64,000 nt of DNA from positions 1 through 64,000 of the forward strand of contig JAVECL010000006.1 of the NCBI GenBank assembly GCA_051942245.1, in the 5' to 3' direction. This document shows positions 12,101 to 25,259 of the stretch, piece after piece. The DNA comes from Trypethelium eluteriae. Its lineage: Eukaryota. Under the pieces are notes generated by a model. The model was not told the DNA's origin and ran no database searches. It saw nothing but the letters and a program-made list of their open reading frames with translations. How positions within the stretch are numbered: position 1 is the first letter of the stretch; each line of letters starts with the position of its first letter. The position numbers and the translations under genes are program-made.

Positions 12101-12876
12101 TGCTTACTGCTTAGACCGTATCCAAGAATAATACCAGAAGATAGGGGTCGGCCCCCTGATGATACAGCGCCTGCCACAGGTTGTAGCCAGTGCACGCCAA
12201 TCTTGACGAGAGACAGCCAGGCAGTACCTCGTCTGGATCACCTTCTATGTGGAGAGAGCATGCAGAGACGGCAGAATTGAATGCAATCCATCAGCCCTGT
12301 TTCCAGGACCAGGAAGATGTACTCCGTACGGTACGTGGGGTGGGTCCAGAGCTGTAAGGCTGCATGCTCGTCGTTCCGGAAGGGGAGAAGACTGCGGCCA
12401 CCATTGCACGGGTCTAGCGCAGGACGGAAAGGCAGGAAAAGGTGTCGAATGGCTAGGTATGTAGCTCGATGGATAGGTCGACATGGGAGGTGTGGTTGCA
12501 TTTCTCGCAGAAGCAAAAAAAGGTCCGGCGCTGTGGAGGTTGTGGAGGTGTGGAGGTGTGGGCGGCGTTCCTTCCATCGCGTCCGCGTCTCGTTCGAAAA
12601 AAGTCTTCCACCGAGGCTCGTCTCCTGTGTTACCACCACCCTTCTTGCCCTCACTCTCTCGCTCTCACGCGCTGCTCTGTTGCTGTGCCCAACGACAGGG
12701 CCTGCCACTCCCCTCTCGTAGAGTCGCAGTCTGTCTCCTCCGTCAAGTCGCTCCGCAATGCCTCTCCACGCTGCAGCTTGCATCATCCTTCCGCAGCTCA
12801 GCACCCACTCCTCCCTCAGCGCATGCAGAGCACGGCAGCTGTGATATGGCCCACTCCTCCGTCGCCTTGAGCTCCG

Positions 12877-13378
12877 ATGGCCTCTCCCCGGGCCTCTATT
12901 CCCGATACCCGACTTGGCCTTGCGCCGGACGAGGTGCAGCTGCTGCGCCGCCATCAGCAGATTGCTCTCTCACAGGCTGGCTCCTCGAGCTCGCGCGCCG
13001 CCAGCAATGCTTCCTCTCAAGGCCGTCTGCTGCTAGATCCAGGCAGCCTACAGGCGCTAAGCTATCACTTTGATAGGCTGATGCAGGCAATTCAGCACCG
13101 AATGCAGCAGGTAAGCTTCGAGCGACACTCGTAGATTTTGACCCGCCACCGAAGCTCACGACTGCTAGCTCAATCAACAAACCCAAATTGCCACTCAAGT
13201 GCAGTACGATCGGGCCGGCAATGCAATTCAGATGGCCGATGCTGAGATTGCGCGCTTTCGAGAAATACTGCGGCAGATTGACGAACTGGAAGTGGAGTTC
13301 GACAAAGTGCGCCGCATACGCGAAATCGTTCGTCAGTACCGAGCTCGCGTTGAACATCTCGGTCGAAGACTAGGCTGA
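12877..13378 (+). CDS. BLOC-1 subunit Cnl1-like coiled-coil protein (intron 13111-13168)
   Basis: SSRAASNASSQGRLLLDP and YDRAGNAIQMADAEIARFREIL match my recollection of the fungal Cnl1 family; clean splice gives a 147 aa ORF. Confidence 0.7.
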
Positions 13379-16300
13379 GCGAAGATCTCCGAACCTGCAC
13401 GCCCAACCCATTTCTCCCCCATCTCTCTTCGCGTTTCACCGCCGACTGGCCGTGTGCTCCTTCAAGCCCCGAGCGGCTAACCTCCCAATCTACGACGATG
13501 CAACGACGATATACATAAGCGCCCTCATGGGCACCAAAGATTGACTGGCCTCGCGGCACAAAATCATTAGAACAATAATGCCTCGCGGCATGATACCAAA
13601 AGCTACACAGCTTTGTGCGACCACCAGTGGACTCATTTCGCTGGACTCATTCCTCTTCATTCCGTTATGGTGTTGGGTGATTGATTGATTACTCAGGGAT
13701 ACCCAGTCCGTCTTGAAAAGTTCTTTGATTGTAAGATCTTGCTTTCGAAGCGGTGGCATTCCCTATCTCATATCGCCTCTTTCCGTTTCGTCCACTTCGA
13801 ACATGTGTCCCATTTCCCTCGTGTACCTGATGCTTGGCACTTCGTTTGCACGGTTAAGTTGTTTTTCCTGCCCATACTGGTCGATTTGTCGTTCTGCCTT
13901 CTCCTCTGTTTCTGCAGCTTAGCAGGCCCTCTATGCAAACACCCACTTCTATCCTAAAGTACAACCAATGCTACGGGAAGTTCCGACCTTCTGCTTGAAA
14001 AACTCAGTCGAGCTCGAGAATTTTGTGATTGAAGCGCAGTCTCTAGTGTAATCCTGTGCGCACTGATCTGCCCTGACAAGGGAAGTCCTAGTGGTACCAG
14101 CATTCGCCGGAAAAGCCGGAAGTCGTCTTGACCTCGATTTGTTCGAAAACAAATTACAGGCTGATCATTACCAGAAAACAGCTTTAATGCCGCTGGTCTC
14201 ACGCAGAAGGTGTCATAATATGCCAATGCTAAGCAGCAGGGTCGGTCTATCGAACCAGCCGCTGGCCTTAGCTTGGTTTGCGAGTCATCTCGATCGTCAA
14301 TGCTCGAACTGGGCTCCAGTTTGGGCTTCTATCATTCCAGATCCAAGAGAGAGCCTGTCGCGTTTACTAGGCAATGACAAGGGATGGTCTAGGGCAGCCG
14401 AATCCATTATTGTTAACATTAGAATTGCTCGCGTAAAACCAGATTCGGTCCGTAACTCACGCCCGCACAGGTATGGATAATTCCATTATCTAACGTGTTG
14501 TTGAAACCTAGAACATAGTTGATGCATAGTGCTTTCACGTTAAAGTTATGTATAGGTAGGTACGTCCACGTCCAGGTGGGCGTGGCAGGCTGGCAGGTAG
14601 GTACTCCGTACATGATTATATTGCCTAGGACGCCTAGGTAGAATTGGGTTAGAAGAACCTGGGACTGCTGTCTTTCGACTGACTTGTCCTAGGTGTGTAT
14701 TTTGCTTTGTTCCCGTCAATTGACGTCTCGACTGCCTTAGGAGCCTAAGTAAACGTCCAACGCCATAATTTATCATGATGGTACGATTTTCCAATACACC
14801 TGAGACTTGTTGAAGTCTACAAGACTTGTTGCACGTATAGCAACCACACAACAATAGTAACGGGATTGCGCTGTAAAAGCACAACTGCGCGAAAAACATG
14901 TCGGATCTGTCGTGCGGCTAAGCGTGCACCGCCCGATACGATTGATAGATAAGAGCGAAGAATGACGGGTCTTTCAGTAGGTATATCTCAAATCCACGTT
15001 TTCTCCCCTCTCAAAGTTTGCTTTTCGAGCGGTTTCGTACTTTCCATCCGCACTGGTGTTTCCATTCGTCCCCTATGCAAGGTGGAGGATGTTGGTATCA
15101 ATGTTGGATATTGTGGTCAAATATAGGTAATCTGCCATGAATCATTCTTCTTAACAGCCGTAGGAGCCGTGTCTTCCAGTAATCCTCCATTGGCCTGCTG
15201 TTTTCGCCAAGGGGGCTAGCCATGGCGGGACTACTACAACCGCCCTTGAAGACAGAGACATCGGCCTCAACCTGGAACACATCACAAGATTTGAGAGTTG
15301 GTTCAGACTATGATCTAATAGACGATAGCATAGAGTGCTGGACGAGAAACCCCTCACTATAGCCCCTTCTCAGAGACACGCGCCTACTTTCAGAGCTTGT
15401 TCAGTTCGAAAAAGTGGTTGACTGAATTCTGTGTCAAAGGGGCACCAGCGCTCTGGCTCTACTACTGCTACTGCTGTGAACATCCCATGTTGATGATTTC
15501 TTTCAGTGTTTACGAAAGGCCAAAAACAAACATTCGTCTAGACTTCCTTGGAAGGCTCGAGATCATCCTCCCAAGTTCAAAGACGAGATAGCTAGTCAAC
15601 AGGCCGATGATATGGTTAGCACTCAGGGGGTACATGTTGATAGCCTTGAGGGTGGCTAGGGATTTCCTAAGCCTTGCATTCTTCACACGGGCCACCACGA
15701 GCACCGGTTTCATCGCTATTCAGCCAGACAGCCTGGTAGGCGGATACCGAAAATATAAGTGAATCTGCAGACTTATGTTGCATCCACGGCGCGACATCCG
15801 CGCTTACATTTTGCTTGCAGGAAGAACTGCATCTCTCATCTGGTGAAATCTGTGGCATATTTGCAACACAGCGGACCCTCATCTGCATCTTCCCTAGAAT
15901 GATGCACATGATCGCGCATGTCGCGACCTGCATGTTCGCCAATGGATATCTCTACCACGATGAGGCCTACTATGTCAGTTCATCTGCCTGCGATCAGGAT
16001 ATTGTTAGATGCACAATGCCTATGCACTTTCTGCCTCGCCTGCTTCGAGTGCTACTAGGTCTTCTTATCTCCGTTCTGGATGACGTCCGTGGGCCGAGTT
16101 CAAAGGATTGAATAATTTGATTGAATAGGACTCGCCAACGTGGCAAGGAAGAGGAGAGAGACCGACAACGATAAGCGCCGGACGATGAGAGAATCTGGCA
16201 TCTCGAGATGGTCACAGTGGAGAGAAGGACTGTTCATCGGAGAAGGCCTACACGGCTCCATCTCGAGCCACGCTCCTTGTTAACGTCTATAACATTCAAT

Positions 16301-16873
16301 ATCGCCTAGGAAGTACTGGGATTAGTGGACCTACGATGCGTTTCTGCTCTCGGACTAGGTCAGACATGATGGAAATAACCCTGTGGGGGTAAGGAATAAG
16401 AAAGGGACAACAGTGATGAAGCAACGGGGGTTGCTGCGCGTGAGATCGTTTTACCATTCGGACATAGTAGGCCTGCTTAGTTGGTAACTCTTTTGGATGG
16501 ATTGGGCGTTGGCATTTGACGAGAAATCCTTTCCGAGTCCTCCATTCCGAGCTGATTTCTTGTCAACACCGAGCTGGAGATGCCAGTGGCTTACCTGCCT
16601 GTAAAGTGAAAATTTGGCATTGGCCTGAACAGCAAAAAGATGACTGGATTGGAGTGCCGTTTTTCCAACGATGACACGACAATCCAGGTTGGTCAGAGGT
16701 CCAAGACTACAGGGACATAATAACGAACATGTTGATTTAGAAGTCGCTTTTGCTCACATATAAAATCCTCGTGACTGGCCTCCTAGGACCATTGTGGGCA
16801 TTTCTAGCGCGAATATTGGAAGAAAATCTTGTCTCCTGTGGATTTTGTCCACGACGATTGAAGAGACTATTCA

Positions 16874-18280
16874 TTATGGTTCTCCAGGCCAAACCTCATC
16901 CGCAATATTCCTCACCAGCGTCAACTTCTTCCTCATATCCTCATAACCCAACGCGTTCCCCTCGGCATGACTAGCAAATCCACATTGTGGACTCACACTC
17001 AACCTTTTGAGAGCCTCTTCCCTTGTCCCTGTGCTCTCCCCCTCTGCCACAAAATCTGCCGCCTTATAGACCCGTTCCACCATCTCCTTCTTGTCCTCGA
17101 GTGTCGGGAATTTGCTCGTCACAACCCCTAATACCACGTTTTTATTCCGCGGCAAAAATTTCAACGGCTCGAATCCGCCAGCACGCGGTGTGTCGTATTC
17201 GAGGTAGAAGGTGCTGACGTTGAGCGTGTTGAACATGATCGATGCAATGTTGTCGTAAGCGCCTTCGCTGAAATGCTGGCTGTTGAGGTAGTTGCCTCGG
17301 CAAAGATGGATGCCAAGGTGCAGGTCTGCTGGACGCTCGAAGCAGGCATTGTAAAACTTCATGTAGGCGGCAAACTGCTTGTCAGCGGTTTGAAAGTTGA
17401 GCGGGTCAGCTTTCCAGCCTGAGAGCATGGCATCGGAGCAGAAGTCTGCCGGTAAAGGATGAATTAGTGGATGGGAAGGGAGCGATAGAGCAAGGAAGGA
17501 GACACACAGGCTAGGTTCGGGTCGTCGACTTGGGCATTGCGGAGACCAGCTTCGTAGAGGATACTGAGCTCGGCTTGGTAGGCTTTGGCAACATCGGCGA
17601 AGTATTCGTCATCGTTGGCGTATACGCCCTTGACATATGCTCGATTTGGACCGTATCTGAAGTGGTACCTGGAGACAGGATTGGTATCAGATTCAAGTCC
17701 TGACAACTTCCGCGGAATGGAGACATGGTTACCATGAGGGGCTCGCTAAAGTAATTTTAATGTTCTTCCATTGATCCTTGGGTACAAGCGTCTTCATAAA
17801 TTCGAACTCGGGCAAGTAACTAGATTTGCCAGTATGGGAGATTTTACCCGTAGCAACTGTTACCGAGTTCGGGATGGTTTTGGCATGCATGAAGGACTTG
17901 ACGTCTGGTGATCTCTGGAGTTACTTGAAGGAATCGCTACATGACGGGGTAAAAACGCGGGTGGTACCTGGAGCATATTGTCGAAAAATACTCATGTCAT
18001 ACCCTCCTTCTCGCAGATTCACCTCCTCCATCCCATTGAGAGTCTCGAAGAAAGTTCCCCAGAACTGGTGCCGCGAATATTCCCCGTTGGTGATGCTATG
18101 AATTCCGCAAGACTGCTGTAAAGCGACAACATCTCGGATTGCTTTCTGCTCAATGGGTACCAGAGACTCGGGAGTTGCAGACTGGTCGGCCACAGCGTAA
18201 CGGTGTTTGACCAATTCGTCAGGTCGAAGCAAGGAGCCGATATGCTCTGCACGGAAAGGTGGCGACCGGGGCGAGGCCAT
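16874..18280 (-). CDS. Single-domain (core) cobalamin-independent methionine synthase-like Zn enzyme (YxjH/UROD-MetE-like)
   Basis: PPFRAEHIGSLLRP, ITNGEYSR; Zn ligands HLCRGN, LEYD, SPQCGFAS; lacks the N-terminal folate-binding barrel of full MetE; 3 introns. Confidence 0.85.
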
Positions 18281-19186
18281 GACAGAGATGAGAAATCAGG
18301 AATAATTGAGCGTAGAGTTCATAAGTCAACAGTGTGATAGATGAGGAAATATAGAGAGAGGCATCCAGCCGAACCCTAGAAGTTCGACACAAGACCACTA
18401 GCAAAGCTGAATGCCATAATACCTGCTCCAATCCTCATACGGCACAGATGACCGCGGGGCCATGCCATGGCCGGGATACCATACCCCGCAGACGTAATGC
18501 CTACAGCTTACGGTATGGCAATGAAGAGTTCTCTAGGCCACGGAAGCTATTCTCTCTGCGTAGACTGCTAAGTGATTAGCGTCTCTAGTTGGTGCCCGAG
18601 TCTGTGAGGCGAGCAAGTAGCATCGATAGGCCAATCTGCAGAAACCATTTAGGATAAATGCAAGCCAAACCAGCAGAATTGTGGCTCCAGGTCAGCAACA
18701 CCTGTCGGAGAGGAATATGGATGACCTTGAAGCTTTCGACGAATGCATCCACGACGCATGGTTCTCTCGTCGATAGGAATCTGTCTGCAAAAGAGAAAAG
18801 ATGGATTGAAGTTGAGGCTAGCCTGCACTGTCTGCAGCCGTCTTTTTTGCCGAAGCTGTCACCCGCGCGCCGTGATTGCTTCTCCTCACCCACTGCGGCA
18901 CTCACCAACCCACCCACGCCTCCTCAGACAACAAGTCTTCCAGTCTCGCTTCGTCCCGTCATGTCTTGCCGACCACTCGGGTGTAGGCGCCTCGCAGGCT
19001 TCAGGTTGTTCCCAATCCGATAACGTTTTGCCAGGGTTCATAATAAGGCCGATCTCGGATCCTACTTCAGAGTCCCGGCTACGTCAACTGCTTAAGTATT
19101 ATTTTACTATCTTACGCCCTATGTCCTGTTATTGAGTTTACATACTGTTTTTGTCTTTTCTTCTTCTTTCATTCAGGGTAGATACG

Positions 19187-20642
19187 ATGAATGGAACGAA
19201 CTCATTGAACAACCTCCACATCGCCGTCATTGGCGCTGGTAAGAATTCATCCCATCTCACGCAGCCTTCGAATCATGGACTAACGTTGAATAGGGATGGG
19301 GGGTCTGGCCTGCGCCCTTGCTTTGAAGAAACATGGCTTTGATCGCGTCGAAGTATACGAATCTGCCTCAAACCTTGGTTTCGTTGGCGCGGGTATCCAA
19401 ATGGCACCCAATATGGCGCGGATACTCGATAGGCTGGGCTGCTGGGATGATATAGCCAAGGAGGCAACAAACATAAAATCTACAAGCATCCGGCGTACGT
19501 TTGAATTCGAGATCTCTTTGCAATGCAAGAGACTGACAAAAGCAGAGGGAAATACAAATAAAGAACTAGCGTTCGTAGAATTACTCGATATCAAGGAAAA
19601 TTACGGATACCCCCACATGGTTGGACATCGTTCATCTCTCGCAGGCAACATATACGAAGGTTGTAAGCGTGAAAAGGTGGCCTTTTTCTTTTCAACCACC
19701 GTCGAGTCCATCACCACGTTCGGACCGAAACCTTCGTTCATTGCTCAACCTCGTCATGGGAATGCCTATACCGTTGAGGCGGACATCATACTTGCCGCAG
19801 ATGGTATCAAGAGCAACTGTCGCGTATCAATGCTGAAGGAGCTGAATGCCGATGCCAATGTAGAAGATACAGGCCAGTCGGCCTATCGTATCATGCTCAA
19901 GCGAGAACAGATGGAAAATGATCCAGAACTCAAGGAGCTCATTGACAGCGATCGCGTAACCCGATGGATTGGCGAAAAGCGACACATCATCGCGTATCCC
20001 GTATCCAATAAGAACATTTATAACATCTCAACTGCGCATCCCGATACCCATTTCGCCGAGGCACCCTCCGCGACGTACACGACTCGAGGCTCCAAATCTG
20101 ACATGTTCCATACGTATTCATCCTTTGGCGAGCTGTGTCATCGGATGCTTGATCTAGTGCCGGAAGGTGAAGTTTGCGAATGGAAGCTCCGCGTACATGC
20201 TCCATTGCCGACGTGGGTCCATGGTTCTGTCGCTCTGGTTGGTGATGCCTGTCATCCAACGCTTCCTCATCTAAACCAAGGCGCCGGGCAGGCTATCGAA
20301 GATGCCGGCGTGCTTGCTGTTGTGCTATCAAAATGCCCTGATGGTAGTCCACAGAGTATCAACAAGGCTCTACAAGTCTACGAAAGGGTACGGAAAGAGC
20401 GCGCGGAACTTCTTGTGGGCCTTGCAGCTGCCTCGGGGAAGGCGTTGCAATTGGGCGAAGGTGCCGCAAAGGAGGAAAGAGATCGACAATTTGCTGCACT
20501 GAGAGCTGGCAAAGGGCCGGTACCTGATAAATGGGCTGATGGCGACACACAGAGGATGATCTTTGGTCATGACTGCATGAAGGTAGCCGAGGAGTCGTTT
20601 GACGAGATATTCAAAAGTCTAACACAAGATGCACGGCTCTAG
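19187..20642 (+). CDS. FAD-dependent monooxygenase (salicylate hydroxylase-like, class A), C-terminal ARL
   Basis: GAGMGG (split by intron at ~19239-19293), AADG, GDACHPTLPHLNQGAGQAIEDA. Confidence 0.9.
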
Positions 20643-20738
20643 ACTGATTGCACTGTCTTCGTACTTTGAGGTAGTTGTATATATTTCTATTCTTCCCATA
20701 TAAACTTGGAGATTTTCTAGCCCCTTTGGTAGCGACGA

Positions 20739-22469
20739 TCAAATGTCGGTCATGAACTCGTTCAGGAACTGGTTTCGCGAGATCCAGCTCCGAATCCGCT
20801 TTCCAAAGATCCACAAAGGTATAGTCAATGCTACGACCCCGAGAAAGCAGGAACCAAGGATACTGAACACAGCCAGGGCTCCTTGTTCAGCAAGCCAGTC
20901 ATTGACGAAGTACGTCAAGCCAAAAGTCAGAAAGTTTCGTGCGTTGATGGCCACAAATGCCTCCTCTGCCAGTTTTGGATAGGCATCAAGCACATAACCA
21001 AACACACACGTGCTTGCAAATGCAAGTGCCATATTGGCCAGACCAAAAGTCAATACTGGACCGGACCAATGTGTCTGGTAATGCACAGTCGCACCGAAGC
21101 CATAGAAGCCTACAGTGCCTAGTATGGCTACCACGGCCATCAGGACTAATCTAAACTCGGGCTCATATACACCATGGTTGCGCTGAGCAAGCCTTAGACA
21201 GATCCAGTCATTGATGGGTCCAGACATCAGTTCTCCGATGATGGTCAGAATGAACGGAGATAAGCTAATGAGGCCCGTCTGAGAAACGCTGAAGTTGTAG
21301 GGAGGCTCAACGAATATGACCCCGTTGACAACAGAGAACACAACAATCCAGGTCAAGGTTGTCCCGTAAATAAGGAAAGCCCATAGCACCGCTGGATAGA
21401 AGAACACGACGAAGGGCCTTGCAAAGACTTTCCAGTACGAAGCATGGGTATAACGACCAGTGAAAATTCTCAGACTTTGCGCATACGACATCTTCTTCCG
21501 TACCGGTTGGGACGTAGGTGATTGAGAGACTTGCTCAATCTCGACATCATCCCGCTTTTCCATCACCTCCGTGCCAGCCTCTTGTGCTTTTATGCCGTCG
21601 GGATTTTCTGCAACAGTTACGCCAGCTGCGATCTTCTTGCGATTGTACGCGGTCTCTGGCACCGCCATAACAATTCCAACGGCAAAGACACCAAAGAGGA
21701 TTGCACACACTCCGAATGTCCAGCGATATCCAAGATCCTGAATGATATATCCTGAAACGAGACTGCCGCCGGCAATTCCGCACAACAAGAACAGATTCCA
21801 GGCGGCAATTCTCGTTGCACGTTGATGCACATAATACAAATCTCCAATCGTAGCCTGTACCAACACCTCATATGGCGCCATTCCCAGCCCCCCTACGATC
21901 CGACTCCCTAAAAAGGACGAATACTCTGTCGTCACCGCACCCCAAATACTCGCAGCTAAGAGTAGAAGACTCGCCAGTACATACACTGGACGCTTCCCGT
22001 ACACCTTCGCAAACGGATTCGCAATGAAGAGCGTCGCCCCCAGGGTGAGAATCAGCCAAGCGGTGCTCTGAGAAAGCACAGAAACCGTAATGTGTAATTG
22101 AGCGCTGATAGGCACGAAGCCGGGGCTCAGCATGGGACCGTAGGCACCAACGACAGCGGCCGAGAGACCGACGAGGAAGAGGATGCCGTCCTTTTGCCAA
22201 AGGGGCCAGTTGAGCGGATCGTTCGGGTCGTCGCTGGGTTGCGGAACAAGCAAGATGTGTGCATAGCGCCCGGTGCCGTGTTTGAGGCGGGAGGTCGGGA
22301 TAGAATGGAGTTCGGGGGGGAGATCGGTCTGGTCGTTGAGGCACGCTGGTTTCGTATATTAGTTCACGAGGTGGAAAAGGACCTGTAGCTATGTCTGGAA
22401 GGACCGAATACCTGTGCCGGGAACAGCAGTGCTTTGAAGCACCTTGTCTTCTAGTATTCCAAAAGGCAT
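20739..22469 (-). CDS. Major facilitator superfamily transporter (DHA1/HOL1-like)
   Basis: PQPSDDPNDPLNWP, YGKRPVY, VPETAY, YEPEFRL; many hydrophobic helices; first exon MPFGILED plus a ~66 nt intron. Confidence 0.9.
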
Positions 22470-23450
22470 TGTAGTCCCCCGATGCGGTCTTTTGGATTGT
22501 ACGAAGCAGCACGAGGCAGGAATGAGGGTTTGCTATGTGGATCAGACATGACCTGCATGTTAACCAGCAGCTGTCGTTCTCAGCTCCTCGTCAGCTTCAA
22601 CTGCCGACACCTGCTGGGGTCGTGGGATAATTCGACATGCACCAACATGACTCGCCCAAAGTTTGTGGGGAAGCGTCCGGCGCGATCCATGATCTCCGGC
22701 CTGGCACCCTGGGGTAATTCGTTCTATTAGCCGTGTCGATCAGCGGAACGGCGCCGCGAAACCAGCACGTGGAAGCATCGACAGCGCATGGAGGGATCTT
22801 GTAACCATAGAGTGAGAGATGACTGCTTCTGCTGCTGTCGTGTCTCTTGGGCAGCCACTGATCTGTGCGCCACAGTCGACGACGATAAGGTAGAGAGAGG
22901 AAAAACAAAACGCCGAGGCTCCTGGGAGGGCTTGCCAGAGCCACATAACCTATATAAAATGTGTGTCAGATTGGATATCAGGCAAATCGAGTAGATGCCC
23001 ACCGATACACAAGTGCCAGCTGTTTTCAGAAGCGTTAGATTTTGACAGGATTTTACTCCGTTGTGCGATGCTCCGTACTCTAGAGCTAACTAGTGGTTCG
23101 TGCACATCATTTCACCACAATAGGGGCACGAGGAGCACGCGAAATTCTCTGCTCCAAGACCCTACGCTTGCTTCCCAAGTCGTTCTCACTCATCAGGTAG
23201 AGTCCCTCGGCACTGGCTATTCTCACAGCAATGTTTCAGGCACGGCTAGGAATTGCTCACTGTTTAACCGCGTAGGTGAACCACCTTTACTATCCGCAAA
23301 CGACAGGGCGCAATGTCTTTTCCCTTCTCCAAATTCAGTACGTTGTAACTACGTATCGAGATCCATCAGCAGGTCTTCGCACCAAACGAACATGAAACGT
23401 ATTTGAACGGACGGTGCAAAGCTTACTCTCTGTAGAGTACCTGATGAGAG

Positions 23451-24801
23451 CTACAGTTTCGATATTCCATTGTCCTCGTCTCTTATCTGCGCAACTGTCG
23501 TCTCGAATTGATCATGGGCGTGTTTCTCGGCATCATGATCAAGTAGCCATGCCTCCCTTTTGAGCTTAATTGACTCTGGGTTCTGCCTCACGCGGTCAAA
23601 GTCTGCTTTGTGCCACGTGTCTCTCGTCGAGACCCCTGTTTCTTGTGCTTTCTTCACCCTTTCGTATCTCATCCTCTCAAAAGCACGCAGCGCCGTTGGG
23701 ACATCATCTTTCCCGCTCAAAGCCAAACAGACGGCAATACATGTGCCATCCTCCATTGACTGAGACGCGCCTTGAATTGACGTTGGTAAGAAAGGGTGAG
23801 CTGCATCACCTATCAGGGCAATACGCTTTTGGGGGGATAGCCATGTGGGAAGAGGGTCCCGATACACGAGCTTCCAATCCACAAGCTTGGCGGCCGGAGT
23901 GGCGCGCACAATTGCATGCGTCGTAGGATCCCATCCTTCAAGAACCCGCAAGGCATCAGAAACGGAGCCGGGAGCTTGCCAGGATTCTTCAACATCGGCT
24001 TCGTCTTTGTGAGTACATACCCAGCTGAACTCCCTTCCGTTCTTTATAGAAGCGGCTAAGAAATGGATATCGGGACCGAGCCAACCTGTGTGGCTGTCAC
24101 CGTTTACGACCAGATCAGCAGTCAACGGGTTCTTCGCAAGTTCGTCGGAGTCCATCCAGGCACGGTAAACAGCGTAACTGTTCGTACAATGGCCACGTTA
24201 GTAACTTGCTGTGCTGAGAGCCCTGACGAGTCTCTTCCGCTCACCCCGAAGATTTAGGCTTGTCCTCGTACCCCAAGACAATTGTCCTGGCCTTCGACCG
24301 AACTCCGTCCGCTGCTAAAACTACATCCGCTGCCATTCTCTCTCCGTTCAGAACAACACCTGCTTCCGTGTCCGTCTCCCAATACTCCATCACCTGCTGA
24401 CCTAGACGAATCTCTATGCCTAGCTCCCTAGCATACTCGTATACGATCTCATGTATCTCTCCGCGATGGCCATTGAATTTTTTCCCGTAAGCCTGCTCTG
24501 GTTCCCAATACTGTTTTAGCAAATATTCCCCATCATACGTCTTGAAAACTATGCCATCGGAATTGTGGCATATAGGATCTAGGCGCTCTTCGATCCCAGG
24601 CCAGCTCTGAAAAATCCGACCCGAATTTGAGCTGAAAGAGATTATGTCCCCCAAGACTTTTAATTGAGGAAACGACTCGAGAACGATAGGTTTGTGGCCA
24701 TACCGCAAACACTCAATTGCGGCGGTGAGGCCTGCAAAACCTGCGCCTACGATTAAGACTCTGATCCCGGTGGGTCTAGGAGGAGGATCAAAGGTAGGCA
24801 T
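23451..24801 (-). CDS. FAD-dependent aromatic monooxygenase (MAK1/salicylate hydroxylase-like), C-terminal SKL
   Basis: GAGFAG, AADGVRS, GDAAHPFLPTSIQGASQSMEDG; one intron at ~24179-24244. Confidence 0.9.
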
Positions 24802-25259
24802 TTGTATTGAACACCACTTATTTGGATAAATATTGAATGGCAATTTCAACAGAGTATGAAGACTTAGAAACGGGGTTTACAACTCAAAGGACAAGGTCTC
24901 AAATTTTCACGCGGACCTGAACCCTTGCGATAAATGTACGGAGCACTGATTACTTGTAATCGTAGATTCACAGCATTTACCAACAGGAAAAGCGGAAAGA
25001 ATCCGCAAGATATGCCATGTTGACGATTCTGAGAGGTGGCCTGAGGAGCCCCTCACTGTATCGTACATCAGAGCTTTACCCCACGCTAGAGACATGACTT
25101 ACCAATTGTGCCATCATCGGCAGTTGGCACATCCAGCCGAAATCCTGAGCATGACTTCCCTGACAACCTCGAAAGCATAGCTCTAGAAAAGCCATTGCAG
25201 GTAAGGCATTCATTCTGTCCTTCAACTTCCTTCAGTTCGCAGACAGGACGGCTGTCAAA

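Noticed and set aside
12238..13073. Several long overlapping GC-rich ORFs upstream of the Cnl1-like gene
   Set aside because: Low-complexity shadow ORFs with no family motifs
13685..16215. Scattered short ORFs in a 3 kb gene-poor gap
   Set aside because: No recognisable domain or consistent exon chain; a decayed gene cannot be excluded
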